The notes beneath the pieces were generated by a model, which saw nothing but the letters and a program-made list of their open reading frames with translations, had not been told where the DNA came from and searched no databases. Below, piece after piece: positions 13,435-26,100 of a stretch of DNA of 64,000 nucleotides. A program made the translations under genes and the position numbers. The stretch lies in NCBI GenBank assembly GCA_024679065.1, contig JAGIQG010000002.1, positions 72,230,001 to 72,294,000 of the forward strand, given 5' to 3'. The stretch is from Sphyrna mokarran (Eukaryota). Positions within the stretch are counted from its first letter, which is position 1. Each line of letters opens with the position of its first letter.

Positions 13435-13955
13435 GACCCAGCTGTGCTGGAAATCTGAAATAAGAACAAAAAAGGCTAGCAATACTCAGCAGGTCTTGCA
13501 GCATGCATGGAGAGAGAAACAACATTAATGCTTCACATCAATGACCCTTTATCTGAACTAGAAATATTTTGCAATGCATCAGTTTTCCAGCCGGGGAGAG
13601 ACAGGAGGAAAGGACAAGCAGGAAAGTCTGCAGCATAGAAGGCAGATGAGATTAAATATCAAAAGGGATGATAGAGACTTCAGAAGGAGATAGTAATAGG
13701 ATTGATGAGGGAACAAATGATCTGATTTGAGGAGGTGTAAATAGGAAAGCAGTTGTTGTCAAAGAAAAAGGGCCAAAGGTTATGAACTGAAGTTGTTGAA
13801 CTCAAAATTGAGTCTTGAACACCATAAAGATGCATTATTCTTGAAACTTCTATTTAGCTTTTTAGGAACAACAAAGGAGACAAATGGTAGAAAGGTCAGA
13901 GTGAGGATGGAGGGGAGAATTAAAATCATAGGCAATCAGAAGCTCAGGGTCACAT
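13435..13955 (-). mobile_element. Second Penelope-like family, decayed 3' end
   Basis: TGCTGGAAATCTGAAATAAGAAC...ACTCAGCAGGTC..GCAGCAT..GGAGAGAGAAAC terminus typical of shark Penelope repeats; further remnant at ~14270-14500. Confidence 0.55.
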
Positions 13956-14004
13956 AATGTGATCACCCACTCTGTGACTTACCCAAATTAAAGGAGACTT
14001 CATG

Positions 14005-14235
14005 GGAATATCACCATCTACAAGCCACATACCATCATGACTTGGAAATATGTTGCCATTCCTTCACTGTTGCTGGATCAAAATCCTGAAACTCCTCACA
14101 TAACAGTGGGTGACCCGACATCATGTGGAATGCAGCGGTTCAAGAAGACAGCTCACCATCACCTTCTCACAGATAATTACAGATGGGCAATAAATGCTGA
14201 CCTAACTAGCGATGCCAACATCCTCTAAACAAATA
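14005..14235 (+). mobile_element. CR1/L2-group LINE 3' end
   Basis: GCAGCGGTTCAAGAAGACAGCTCACCATCACCTTCTC...CAATAAATGCTG; same family at 21905-22370 (+) and 29243-29330 (-). Confidence 0.7.
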
Positions 14236-14539
14236 AGTAAGAAAAACAATCCCTTCAGAAAGAAGAGGGGCTGAATTGTGCAGCGATGGCGTTGTGCTGC
14301 AGGTGGCAGGAATACAGGAAATGGAACAAGAACAGTTGAGGGCCCTGTCAACCCTGTCAGACCTCATTTGAGGAAAAAGGAATATTGGAAGCACTGGTAT
14401 TGCAGGTTGCAACATCAGAGAAGGTGCAATGGAGATAGAGAAACCAGAGAATGGAAATTAGTTCTTACAGAAAGTGGGGTGTGAAGAAGTGTAGACATGA
14501 AGGTTATGAGAATCATTGGAGTAAGAGTAAATAAAACAC

Positions 14540-15340
14540 AATAACTAGCATTTATAAGATGCTTTTAAGTCATATTTGGAACATCATGAAACAATATTTG
14601 ACACTAAGCCATACAACAAGTTTTAGAGCTGACAACAAAAAGCCTGATCAAAATGATTTTAAAGAGTATTTCAAAGGATGAAAGAGAGGAAGAGTTGGAG
14701 TAGTTTAGTAAGGGAATTCCAGAGATTTGGGTCTTGACAGCTGAAAACTTGGCCACCAATACGGGAACAATAAAAATCAGTGATGCTGAAGAGGCCATAT
14801 TTGGTAGAGTTTTGATGTCTCAGATGGTTGTAACACTAGGGGAGAGTGCTGAGGTGGGGAGGAGATGGGTCTTTGGAGAGAATTATAAAAGAAAGGTGTT
14901 GTTTAACCAAGAGCCAAAGTAATCAGCTGATACCTGGATGATGGGCGAACGAGATTTGATGCAAGTTAACTCATGGGCAGCAGGGCTTTGTATCACCTCA
15001 GGGGGCTTTACTAAAGCTCTGTCTAAGGGTCTGGGTGGTAGTTAATCCATCACTAAGTACAATGTAATAGTCAAATCTAGAAGTAACAAAGGCATGGATG
15101 AGAATGCCAGCAGAAGATGAACTAAGGCAGAGTGAAGTAAGACAATGTTACAGAGGTGGAAATAGATAGTTTTAATGATGGAACAGACATGAGGTTAGAA
15201 ACTCACCTGGGGGTCAGATATAACATTGTGGTTGTGAACTGTCTGGTTCAGCCTCAGACAATTGGTGGAAAGAGTGATAAAATCAATAGCTAGGGAGTGG
15301 AGTTTGTAGCAGGGATTGAAGACATTTACTGGATTAATTT
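14540..15340 (-). mobile_element. L2-type LINE 3' region, decayed
   Basis: ACTAGCATTTATAAGATGCTTTTAA tail and purine-rich antisense RT remnant. Confidence 0.5.
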
Positions 15341-15408
15341 TTAAACCAAAGCTCCATTTGCCTTTACAGATAGCTATGAAAGATCCCATGTCTATGATAC
15401 ATAGAAGC

Positions 15409-16325
15409 CATGATGTAGAGATGCCAGTGTTGGACTAGAGTAAACATAGCAAGAAGTCTCACAACACCAGGTTAAAGTCCAACAGGTTTATTTGATAGCA
15501 CAAGCTATTAGTTTTCGGAGTGCTGCCCCTTCATCGGGTCTGTGGTACTATTCACAAACGGGGCGTATAAAGACATAAATTCAATTTACAAAACAATGGT
15601 TGGAATGCGAGACTTTACAGGTAATTGAGTCTTAAAGATACAGACAATGTGAGTGGAGAGAGGGTTAAGCACACATTAACCTCCAGACAGGACAGTTAAT
15701 AAGATTTTGCAAACCCAGGCAAATTGTGGGGGTTACAGATAGTGTGACATGAACCTAAGATCCCGGTCAAGCCCGTCCTCATGTGTGCGGAACTTGGCTA
15801 TCAGGCTCTGCTCAACAACTCTGTGCTGTTGTGTGTTGTGAAGGCCGCCTTGGAGAACGCTTACCCTAAGATCAGAGGCCGAAGCCCGTGACTGCTGAAG
15901 TGTTCCCCAACAGGAAGAGAACACTCTTGCCTGGTGATTGTCGAGTGGTATTCATTCATCCATTGTTGTAGCATCTGCATGGTCTCCCCAATGTACCATG
16001 CCTTTCCTGCAGCGTATTGGGTTGACAGCGTTGGCCAAGTTGTGAGTATATGTACCATGTACCTGGTGAATGATGTTCTCACCTGTGTTAACCCTCTCTC
16101 CACTCACATTGTCTGTACCTTTTGAGACTTGATTAGCTGTACCTTTGAGACTTGATTAGCTGCATTCCAACGATTAGTTTGTAAACTGAGTTTGTGTCTT
16201 TATATGCCTTGTTTGTGAATAGAACTCCCACTTACCTGGTGAAGGGGCAGCTCTCCAAAAGCTAGTGGCTTGTGTTACCAAATAAACCCGTTGAACTTTA
16301 ACCTGGTTTTGTGAGACTTCTTACT
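15409..16325 (-). mobile_element. Penelope-like element: GIY-YIG endonuclease remnant between inverted pseudo-LTRs
   Basis: Frameshifted AWYIGETMQMLQQWMNEYHSTI..SLPVGEHFSSH and SDLRVSVLQGGL..EQSLIAKFRTHEDGLDRD; ~15451-15670 inverted against ~16087-16325. Confidence 0.85.
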
Positions 16326-19300
16326 CTGTCTCTATCTCAGTTCTCTGCCTGAAGACAGTTACTAGAACTTGAAACTAGTTTCACCCAATTAGAATGTTCA
16401 AAATTTTCTTTCAGCATCCAGTGTGGAACATAATTATTTACTGAAAGATGAAGTGGGTGGGAGGAAACATATGTAGGGAATAAATACTGGCTTGATAAAT
16501 ACTAGTTTTGTGCAGTGACACTCCTGACCATTGACTCTGGGTTCTGGAGTTACAGAAAAATATTGAGAAAACTCTGCAGGATTTTTATCCCACAGATTTT
16601 TTTTAGCTTTTAGTTGCAATATGCCTCAGTGTTTGCTTTAGTAAATTAAGACTAATACCACAGTCAAAAGAAGTTTCTGATGCTTTGTTGCATGCATAAG
16701 TAGGAAAGAAAGAACACTAATAAACCATGGAAACTATAATTTTCCTCCACTTTTCAGATGTTTGACAGGAGGGTCAAAAAAAAAGCAGAGCTTTTGATGA
16801 AGAATTTTAGTGATACCAACTTGAAATATTGTAATTCATTTCTTACAGGTTATAAAAATAGTAAAATGCTCTTGGGAGAGTTTGCATGAACTTTCTTGAC
16901 CTCCTGCTATAACTTCAGCAGTAGATGGCTGGAAACATTTGAGAAATGTTTGTTTTTAATTGTTTTTAGCCATTTGCACCATTCTTTCTGAGTTCTATAG
17001 ATCTTCTGTTGAAATTACTGTTGTAACTCCCATGGAAATTCTATGTATCTATGTTTTAATCAAATAAATTACCTGCCTGCCCAAAGTCAAGACAATTCTC
17101 TCAGGTTCAGTTCACCAATTTTGAAGTAATTTGGACAGAGCAAAATTGTAGAATTGATATACATGGGTAATTTGGAAGGTAATGAAAATAATTTCTTTGG
17201 ATTGGAAATCCTTGGGTTATTTTAATATGATAAAGTAAACAACATTAAACCTCTTGCTTGAAAAATTTGCCATATGATATTTAGCATCAAATCATGAAAA
17301 GATTTGTAGCATTGATTCATTTCAGCTGAACAGTACTTGAATGATGACTTTAGTAAAAGTGTTTGTGTGCTGTAAAATATTCCAAGGAATATGGGAAGTA
17401 CTTTCTACAAATGGAACACCTTTCATTGAATGCAGTGAGATAATGGGAGCAAAATTTCTATCAGGCCCTGGCAAAACAGAGGTGAATGGTCCCACCGAGG
17501 AATGGAAAATGGAATAGACACAGTTTAATTGATGTTACACAGATTGGTCTGCAGTTAACAAGTTTATCCGCCTTTCCTTTTTATAAATAAAGTTGTGACA
17601 TTTGCAGCCTTCCTTGTGTCTTATTGGGATTGGTCTCTTTGATCTCTGATCTCCCATTTTGCAGTGGAAGAAGATCTCCCTCTTGCTACCTGGATGTCCC
17701 CTTTCTTTTTCCTCAAATATTTATTGTGAGTATTATTACATTTTCCTCGGTCTTTTCAATCCTTGGAGTGGTATGTGCTTTTGATTTTTTTGAAACTCTA
17801 TGCATATATGTGTGGGGGTATTCATTGAGTTAGATGCTGCTAATATAACTTTAATAACACAGAATTTCACATATACTGATAACCCTATCCTTATAAATTA
17901 AGATGGGGTTGGGGTCTGTCTTCCCAATTGGATGAGAGTTCATGCTACCACTCTTACACTGTCAGAATGGATCTACCATGTTTTCCAGTGATAGGACATG
18001 GAGGAGCTAATGTGGAGAGAAGAATTTTCTATTTTTCTACCTAATTATCCTGGGATTTCTCAGGAGAATGTATGACAGTTATTGGGCAAGGAATATCTTG
18101 AATAGATGCATAAGTATTATAACTGTGTGGGATAGGCTAAATGGACCAGGCGCTTATTTCCTGCCCAATGTTTTCATATATTCATATGCTTGTATGATTG
18201 GCTGAATGGATAGACAGATGTACAAGCTTATTGGTGAATCTCGTCAGTTCTGCTCATTGGAGCAATATACTAGATGTCTGTAAGATGTTATAATGCCACC
18301 TGTTGCGAAGTAAAAAATAACAGGTGTTATCATTATAGTGTCACCAATGATTTCAAATAATTGTAAAATCATTACCAACTGAGAATATTAATTGAGTCTT
18401 AGTGAAATTCTTATGGCTTTGATCATAATCACACAATGCGAAGTGTGTATCTTTGAGCTGTTGTCTTGTAGTGGGTTTGGCAGGGTTTTAAACTTCAGCC
18501 CTAAATAAGCAAAATTTTGTGAAAATGTAAGATGAGATTCATGTGCTCATTAAAATTCTTTTAACATTGTTACCTGTGTGTAAATCATCAAGCAATTTTT
18601 GCAAAAATGATGTATCCTATGAGTTATAATTTACATGACTTGTTTGATGATGTGTGTCATTCTTCATGTTAGCCTTACAAAAGCAATAGCTCCTCATAAA
18701 TTTAAACAACTGCTGCATTTGCCCATTGATTACCAATTAAACTTGACATAGAAAATTAAGTTAACAACACAAGCACCATTTTTAATGATAAGAGTTATGT
18801 TGCTGCTTATCCACTTAATAACTCTGGCCTAGAAAAGTCCAAAATTAAATTGTTTTAATTGTGGAGTCTCACCCTACATCGATTTTTTTGTTTTCTCTTT
18901 TTCTTCTTTCTCTTAATCCAATCTTTTCTTTCTCTCTCATTATTTTCTCAATCTATAAATCTTGATGGTTAATGTTGTAGACTGCTGATCCTGACATTTA
19001 CCGTGGTCCCAGATAACCCCTTGTCCTCACTGTGTCATTATCAGCTTGCATTTCAAGCACATTGCAATGCAGAAAATGTTCAACTGATTGGTGGGTTCTT
19101 GAGGCACATTTCAGGACTTTGGGATATCCGAAAGTATTTTGTGATCAATTACTTATGAAATAAATATTGTTACTAAGTTAGCAAATATGGCAGTAAATTG
19201 CAAGCGGTACTTAGTAATTTCAATATAATTGGGTATTACAAAACTACCATCTTATGGATTATAAAATTTTGACTCATAGAACGAAACAACACGGGAAACC

Positions 19301-19421
19301 ATTTAACCCATCATGTTTGCACTTGCTCTTTAAACAAAATCATTGCATAAAACGTTTTCTAAAGTTGCTGCTGGTTCTTCAGCCAATCAGTTTAAATTTG
19401 TGTCGCCTTGTTACCTACCCT

Positions 19422-19647
19422 TCTCACAACACCAGCTTAAAGTCCAACAGGTTTATTTATAGCAAATGCTACAAGCTTTCGGAACACGCTGTCCCTTCAC
19501 CAGGTGAGTGGGAGTTCACCTGATGAAGGGACAGTGTGTTCCGAAAGTTTGTGGCATTTGCTACAAATAAACCTGTTGGACTTTAGGCTGGTGTTGTGAG
19601 ACTTCTTTCTGTTTTTACATCAGTCCAACACCAGCATTTCCACATCA
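19422..19647. mobile_element. Minimal Penelope-derived palindrome (~86-bp arms, 8-nt spacer) plus one-sided tail
   Basis: 19422-19507 is near-perfectly inverted at 19516-19601; 13-bp TSD TACCTACCCTTCT at 19412-19424 and 19648-19660. Confidence 0.9.
19516..19554 (+). ncRNA. Candidate minimal hammerhead ribozyme
   Basis: TCAC-CTGATGA-A-GGGACA(GTG)TGTTCC-GAAA-GTTT-GTGG; the antisense arm has a CTGGTGA...GAAAGCTT variant. Confidence 0.55.
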
Positions 19648-21119
19648 TACCTACCCTTCTGCAGTGTAAGAATTATCTTTATATATTCTATTAAAACCAC
19701 TCATGATTTTGAACATCTGTTAAAATTCTTTTAACATTATCTGCTGTGTGGAGATCACTCTCAACATCTTATGGGGAGAACTTCCCCAGCTCGCCCACCA
19801 TGGGAATCGTAGAAGGCGGAGGGCGGACCATGCAAATGTCCATTGACCTCAGGTGGAACTTTCTGGTTTTGAGTGATGGTGGCCGGCAAGTACTGTCCTA
19901 TGTCTTTCCACATCACTGAAATCTCTCATCTTTCCTTCCCGTCTAGTCGGTCTTTTCTGCACCTCTTCTAAGCCTGTGGCATCCTTCCTAAAGTGTGGAA
20001 CTCAAAATTTGACACAATATTCCAGATCAGGCTTAACCAGTGATTCATAGTTTTACCATAACTTCATTCCTTTTGTACAGTAATAGTTTATAAATCAAGA
20101 CAAGGATTTCTAACAGACCTCTCTGCTTGTCCTTCCACCTGAAACAATTTGTACAAATCCATATCCAGGTGTGCATGCTCTTGCATCCTCTTTAAAATTG
20201 CACAATTTTGTTCATTTTACCTCCCCTCATTCTTCCAGTAAAATGTATCACCTCACACCTCTATGCATTAAGTTTCATCTGTCTGCCCCTATTCAACCGT
20301 TTCTGTCCTCCTGAGGACTGTTACTATCTTCTTCTTTATTGCTGACATACCTGAACCTTTTTTTATGGGCCAATGATATTTCAAATAAAAAGGTAAATTT
20401 TACTTTGTATAGTAGATACAATAAAACATACACTTTACACAACCAGTTGTATTCATAGTGCTTTCTAAACAAATGTAGCACTATATAGCTACACACTTCT
20501 ATAATACGCTGTTCTTTATTCATGCAGAGTAGGTTTGGAGCCCTATCCAACAACAGCTTTCACATTCAAGTATCTTAGGCATGAAAAGCATCAGCAAGTC
20601 AGAATTCTATGCACCCTCTCTCTCATGGTTTATGGCAGCCCTAATGCGTATTTTTCTAGAATTCCTTTTCAACCGGCCAACAACTAACACTCCAGTTCTC
20701 AGGTATGGCCACTTCTGGGGAAGCATACAATTCTTTAGCATCTCCAAGAGGTTCATATGGATTACCAGGTTGTAGACTCTTTTAACCAGTTCTCACAATG
20801 TCTCCAAGAGCTCATATCTCCTGTTTTTGTCAAACAGAAAAACTGACCTCTTCCTGTGAGTGATTTGTTTCTTCTCCTCACAAGAATTATCCATTTTTCT
20901 ATCTGCTCTCTCTTAGTGACAACACATGTACACTGACCATCTTCACCATGCAGCTCCTCTGCATGCAGCTCTTTCTTGTGTCTGCCAGCTGCACAGCTTC
21001 TTTCTTAACTTTCTTCCTTGTTGTCATTGCTTGTAGTTCAAAGGTCAGTGGATCACATGACTATTTGATAGCTTGAGAAAGACTGTTTTCCTTGGGGGGA
21101 AAAAGAAGAAGTTTAAGAG

Positions 21120-21425
21120 TCCCTCACAGTGTCAGGGACTCGGTTTCAATTCCAGCCTTGGGTGACTGTCTGTATGGAGTTGAGATGTTCTCCCCATGTC
21201 TGTGTAGATTTCCTCTGGGTGTTCTGGTTTCCTCCGGTGTGCCAATTAGATGGATTGGCAATACTAAATTGCCCCTTAGTGTAGGTTAGAGGGATTAATA
21301 GGGTTAATGGGTGGGATTACCGCTATAGACCATGAGCTGGCTTGGGTAAGATGCTCTTTCAGAAAGTTGGTGCAAACTTGATAAGCTGAATGGCCTCCTT
21401 CTGCATTGTAGAGATTCTATGATTT
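21120..21425 (+). mobile_element. HE1-type V-SINE, 5'-truncated
   Basis: B-box-like GGTTTCAATTCC, V-domain GTCTGTATGGAGTT..TTCTCCCCATGTCTG, AAATTGCCCCTTAGTGT, CR1-type tail ATTCTATGA. Confidence 0.85.
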
Positions 21426-21429
21426 GAAA

Positions 21430-21760
21430 GAAGCATAGACAGGGAGAAATTGTTTTCACTCATGAAAGGATCAAAAATAAAGGTCCAGATTTAAACTAAT
21501 TTGCAAAAGTGATATGAGGAAAAAAGTTTTCACATAGCAACTGGTTAAGATCTGGAATGCTCTGTCTGAGTATGTGACGGAGGCAGATTTGATCAAAGCA
21601 TTCAAAAGGGAATGAGACTGTTATTTGAAGAATAACAATGTGAAGGATTATAGGGCAGGAAGTGAGAAACTGGTACTAAGTAAACTGCTGATTCTGAGAG
21701 CCAGAGGAGACATGATGGGCCAAATGGCTTCCTTCTGCACTGTATAAATTTTGTGATATT
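21430..21760 (+). mobile_element. CR1 LINE 3' end
   Basis: Colinear with 11460-11770; ends GATGGGCCAAATGGCTTCCTTCTGCACTGTA. Confidence 0.75.
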
Positions 21761-21904
21761 ATTATTCAAGAACATGACATTGATTATTTTATGATTGATG
21801 CAAGCTCTTATTCATTCTTCAAGATAATTACAGATTCCACAGACTTTTAAAAGAAATTACAAGTTGTCCTTCCTGTATGCCTTTTCACACATTATTGAAT
21901 CCTC

Positions 21905-22370
21905 CACAATCAACATCTTGGAGCGTTATCATTGATCAGAAACATATCCAAACCAAGTACCTAAATACTGTAGCTATAAGAACAAGTCAGCAGTTGAATA
22001 GTCTGCAATGAGTGACTCATCTCCAACTCCCCAAAACCTTTCCACCATCTACAAGGCAATTCAGAAGTGTGAAATGCTTTCCACTTGCCCTGTGAGTGGT
22101 CCAACATCAATTAAGAAGTTTGACGCTCTCCAGGACAAAATTACCTGCTTGTTCAGCACACCATCCAAACAAGGAGCTGTATCACCGTTCTTTCACTGAT
22201 GCAGGGTCAAAATCCTGAAAACCTTGCCTAACTTCTAAGTGAATCTCCAAAATATGAACTGCAGCAGTCCAAGAAGGTGGCTCACCATCATCTTCTCAAA
22301 GGTAATTGGAAATGGTCAATAAATGCTGCCATTGCCAAGGATAGCCACATTCTGTGAATGAGTGAAAAAT
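21905..22370 (+). mobile_element. CR1/L2-group LINE 3' end
   Basis: TPQNLSTIYKA; tail matches 14005-14235. Confidence 0.7.
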
Positions 22371-23163
22371 AATAACTAGTTCACACTTTTCCAAATCTCA
22401 GTTGTGGATTATTGTCTGTAAAAGTTTCCCCACCATTGATGTAAATAGCCAAATGTATCTCCCCCTCCCCTTTCATAGGCTGAACTGTGGCCGTTGTCAT
22501 CCTCCAGCACCACCTTCCTCGATTGTGGCCCCAACCATCATCATTTCAATCTTTACCACTCATAAACCTATCATCATCCCATGACTTTTCTACTTTGAGG
22601 ACTGCCAAACCTTTAAATATCTCACCTTTCGATATTTTTACTCTGTTCCATAATGTTAATACTTCTTGTTTTACTGCTACATTGACAATGTTTTCCTCTC
22701 CAGTGAAGAATGATGCAAGATGCCTCATTCATGCAATTTGTCTCCACAAGATGATTTCATTTTTAGTCCAAGCTTAGCACTTTCCTTCTTTAATTACTTT
22801 TGTAATACTTATGCATTTGTAAAAGACTTTTAGATTTGCCTTCATGTTGACCAATATAGATTTTTCATATTCCCTATTTGCCCTTCCTTATTTACTTGTT
22901 TTGAAGTCCACTGCATTTTCAATATTCAGTTTGGTTCTTGACTGGATTATGAACCTTCCAATTGTTATAATGCTCTCTTTTTGTCTCATTTTAATCACAA
23001 TATCCTTAGTAATCCAGAGAGCTGTTTTGTTGGGGCATTTCCTTTTTCTGCCATGGAAATGCATTTCTCTGTTACCTGAACCATAACGTCTTTCAATGTC
23101 TCCCATTGTCCAGCTAATAATTTGCCTTGCAGTTTTTCTTTCTGGTTCACCTGAGCCAGCTCC

Positions 23164-26100
23164 TTTTTTTTGATTTGTTTATTGAACACATTCTTATATT
23201 TTACACAGCAAACAAACACTGATACAGATCCACGCAGTGGTCGCGTGTACATTCCAATGCGACTGGGCAGAAGGCTCCCCATGGCCAGGGGACAAGCCCC
23301 TGGTACCCCCAGCACTCATCCCACCCAAGTCCCTTCTGATTGCACCAGTAATGACGGTAATAATATAAAAACAAAAAGACAGAGGAACGCTGCTGGAGAA
23401 CCAACTGAGTGCCCAAATAGCCCAGGCTATAAACTAGCGAGCAGAGAAAAGTAAGAGAGAGACAGCAAAGGAGAGAGAAGAAAGACAGTAAGACTGAAAA
23501 GAGAAAAGTTCTCGTGTTAGTCCCCACACCTCAGCAAGTTGGTTGGTATACTCAGGTAAAGGGCCAGGATGTGTCCAACAGTCAGGAGAGTGGGGGTTCT
23601 GTGGGAGCACCAGGAGTCCTGGGGTCATTGGTTATCCACTCACGTGGCTCCAACTGCTGCATCCCAACATGTGCTATAAATGGTTACCAGGTCTTATAGA
23701 ACCTAACAGTGGACCCATGTAGCATGCATTTCATCTTCTGTAGCTTAATGGTATCTACAGTCTCCTTCACCCACTGTGAGTGTGTCAGGAGTGCACCTGA
23801 TTTTCATCTAAACAGGATTAGTCGTCTTGCTAGGAGTGCAGTGAAAGCTACAAAATCCGCTTGGAATTTTGGCAGCGGCGGATTTAAAGGTATGACCCCA
23901 AACAGCACAGCCCTGGAGAATGCACTTATGCCTCGATCTAGCATTGCTGCAATCATCTCAGATATCAATGACCAGTGATTATATAGTGATGGGCAAGCCC
24001 AGAACATATGTAAGAGGGTGGTGAGAGCTTGCTGGTAACATTCACAAATGCTGCTTGTGTCTGGGTACTTTCTAGAGAATTAATCCTAGTTAAATGTGTT
24101 CTGTGAAGGAGTATACATTGTATCACAACTAGTTTGGCACAATTGAGGAGAAGTATACTCAATGCAACACCATGTCCCAATCCTCCTCCAAGAACTCTTC
24201 CTCCAGATCTTGTTTCCATAAAGATTTAACCATGATAGAGAGATTTGTTGGGACAGAATTTAAGAATAAAGAACAGAAATGATACCGTGCATAGTAATAG
24301 AAGACACTAAGAAGATGTCAATGGAGGCACACGATAAGAGTGTCAGAAATTGAGAGTCAGCTCTAAACACAGAATCAAATTTGCAAATATCTGAGAAAGT
24401 GCATTGCAGGTAAAACAAACTATCCACCACATGGAATGATGCAAACACACTGTCTATATACAAGTCCTGAAATGTTCTGATCTCGTGCTTGACCCATACA
24501 AAGGCACCATACAAAACATGAACATTCTGAACAAGCCAGAATGATAGGGAGTAGGATTGCTTGATCTTGGGTTTAGACATAACTTGGTACATCATCGAGG
24601 GCCGAAGGACCTGTACTCTGCTGCACTGTTCTATGTTCAATGTTCTAAAACAGATGGAGGAAAAAAATGGCTAGCCAATACTGAGGAGAGCAGCGATCAG
24701 GCCTGAAACCCAAAGTGGCGTCTAAATTGCATCCAAATTCTAGGAGTTAATTTGACAAATGCACTCCTAGTACACTGGGAGAAGGGAAAATTTTACTGGG
24801 GAACATACCAAGGCAGCAGGGAAGACGGAGAACAGGAGGAGGATCCTAGCTGCAGCTAAAAAGGAGTCTCCTGTTGTCACTCTCTCTCTCTCTTTCTCTG
24901 CACCCAATACAATCCCGCTCTCATAGTGGCTGCCCAATAATAAAATGGAAAACTGAGCAATCCCATTTCCTCCCCACTCTGCACGTCCTCCCATTTAAGG
25001 CTTTGCAAGACTGTCATCTGCTTTCCTAAGTTTTTCCTATTCCAGACAAAGCTTGAAATTAGCCAGTTAAGTCTGTGAAAAAAGATTCAGGAATGAACAC
25101 GGATGCACTGAAAAGATATAAAAACTTAGATAGTATGTTCATCTTCACTGCATTGATATGGCCCGCTAATTAACAGGAGGATGGACCAACGTTTGAGGTC
25201 CTGTTCTGTCTGCTCAATGAGCAAACTAAAGTTAGCTCTAAAGACCCCCCTAAATTTGCCTAGTGACAATCTTGAAAAGGTGTGGAGCAGAAGGCTATAA
25301 GCTGCTGCATTTAAAGGAAGGATCTTATTCAAGTTAAGCTTGTACCCTAAAATACAACCAAACCTCCCTAGTGCAGATAAGACTTTGGGAATCGAGTTGG
25401 ACTGATAGACGATGTACAATAGTAGGTTGTTGACATACAGCAATACTCTGCGCTTGATTCCTCCTGACCAATCCCACTACTCATTTGCTGTTGCGAGCAG
25501 CAAGAGGTTCAATAGCAATGGCAAATAGCAGAGGAGAGGGGGCATCCTTTCCTAGTGCCCTGGGGCAAAGGGAAGAAGGCTGAATGCACATTGTCTGAAC
25601 TGAGGCTAGAGGAGCAGGTATTTTGATCAGGAGATGACTTTGGGCCGAACCTGAACCTCCCGAGAGCATAAAATAAATAATCCCATTCCATCTGATCAAA
25701 TGCTTTTTTGGTGCCTAGTGAGATTAATATCTCTGGTCGCTTGGAGATGGCAGGCACGTACATAATGTTAAACAGTTGCCAAATATTTGAGTACACATGC
25801 CTATTTTTAATGAACCCAGTGTGGTCAGGCAAGATGATAGAGGGCAGAATGTCCTCTAAGCAAATGGCCAGAATTTTAGAGATCAGTTAGAGATCCACAT
25901 TCAGCAATGAGATCAATCTATAAGATCTGCAGATTTGCAGGTCCTTTCTCTTTTTAAGTGTAAGAGAAATTGTCGCTTGCCTCAAAGTCTGCAAAGAGAG
26001 CGGTTCTCATATGATTCATTCAGTAGCAGGAGAGCCAACCTATCCATAAATTCTTTGTAGAATTTGATGAAGCATTCATATGGTCCCAGACATTTCCCAC

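Larger units (their letters stand above)
19270..20340 (-). mobile_element. CR1 LINE 3' region interrupted by a palindromic element
   Basis: Antisense CR1 RT text (CATCCTTCCTAAAGTGTGG..CAAAATTTGACACAATATTCCAG; AAAATGTATCACCTCACAC). Confidence 0.7.

Noticed and set aside
13515-13560. Hammerhead motif in the second Penelope family (minus strand)
   Set aside because: Both core boxes are mutated (CAGATAA, GAAG); at best a fossil
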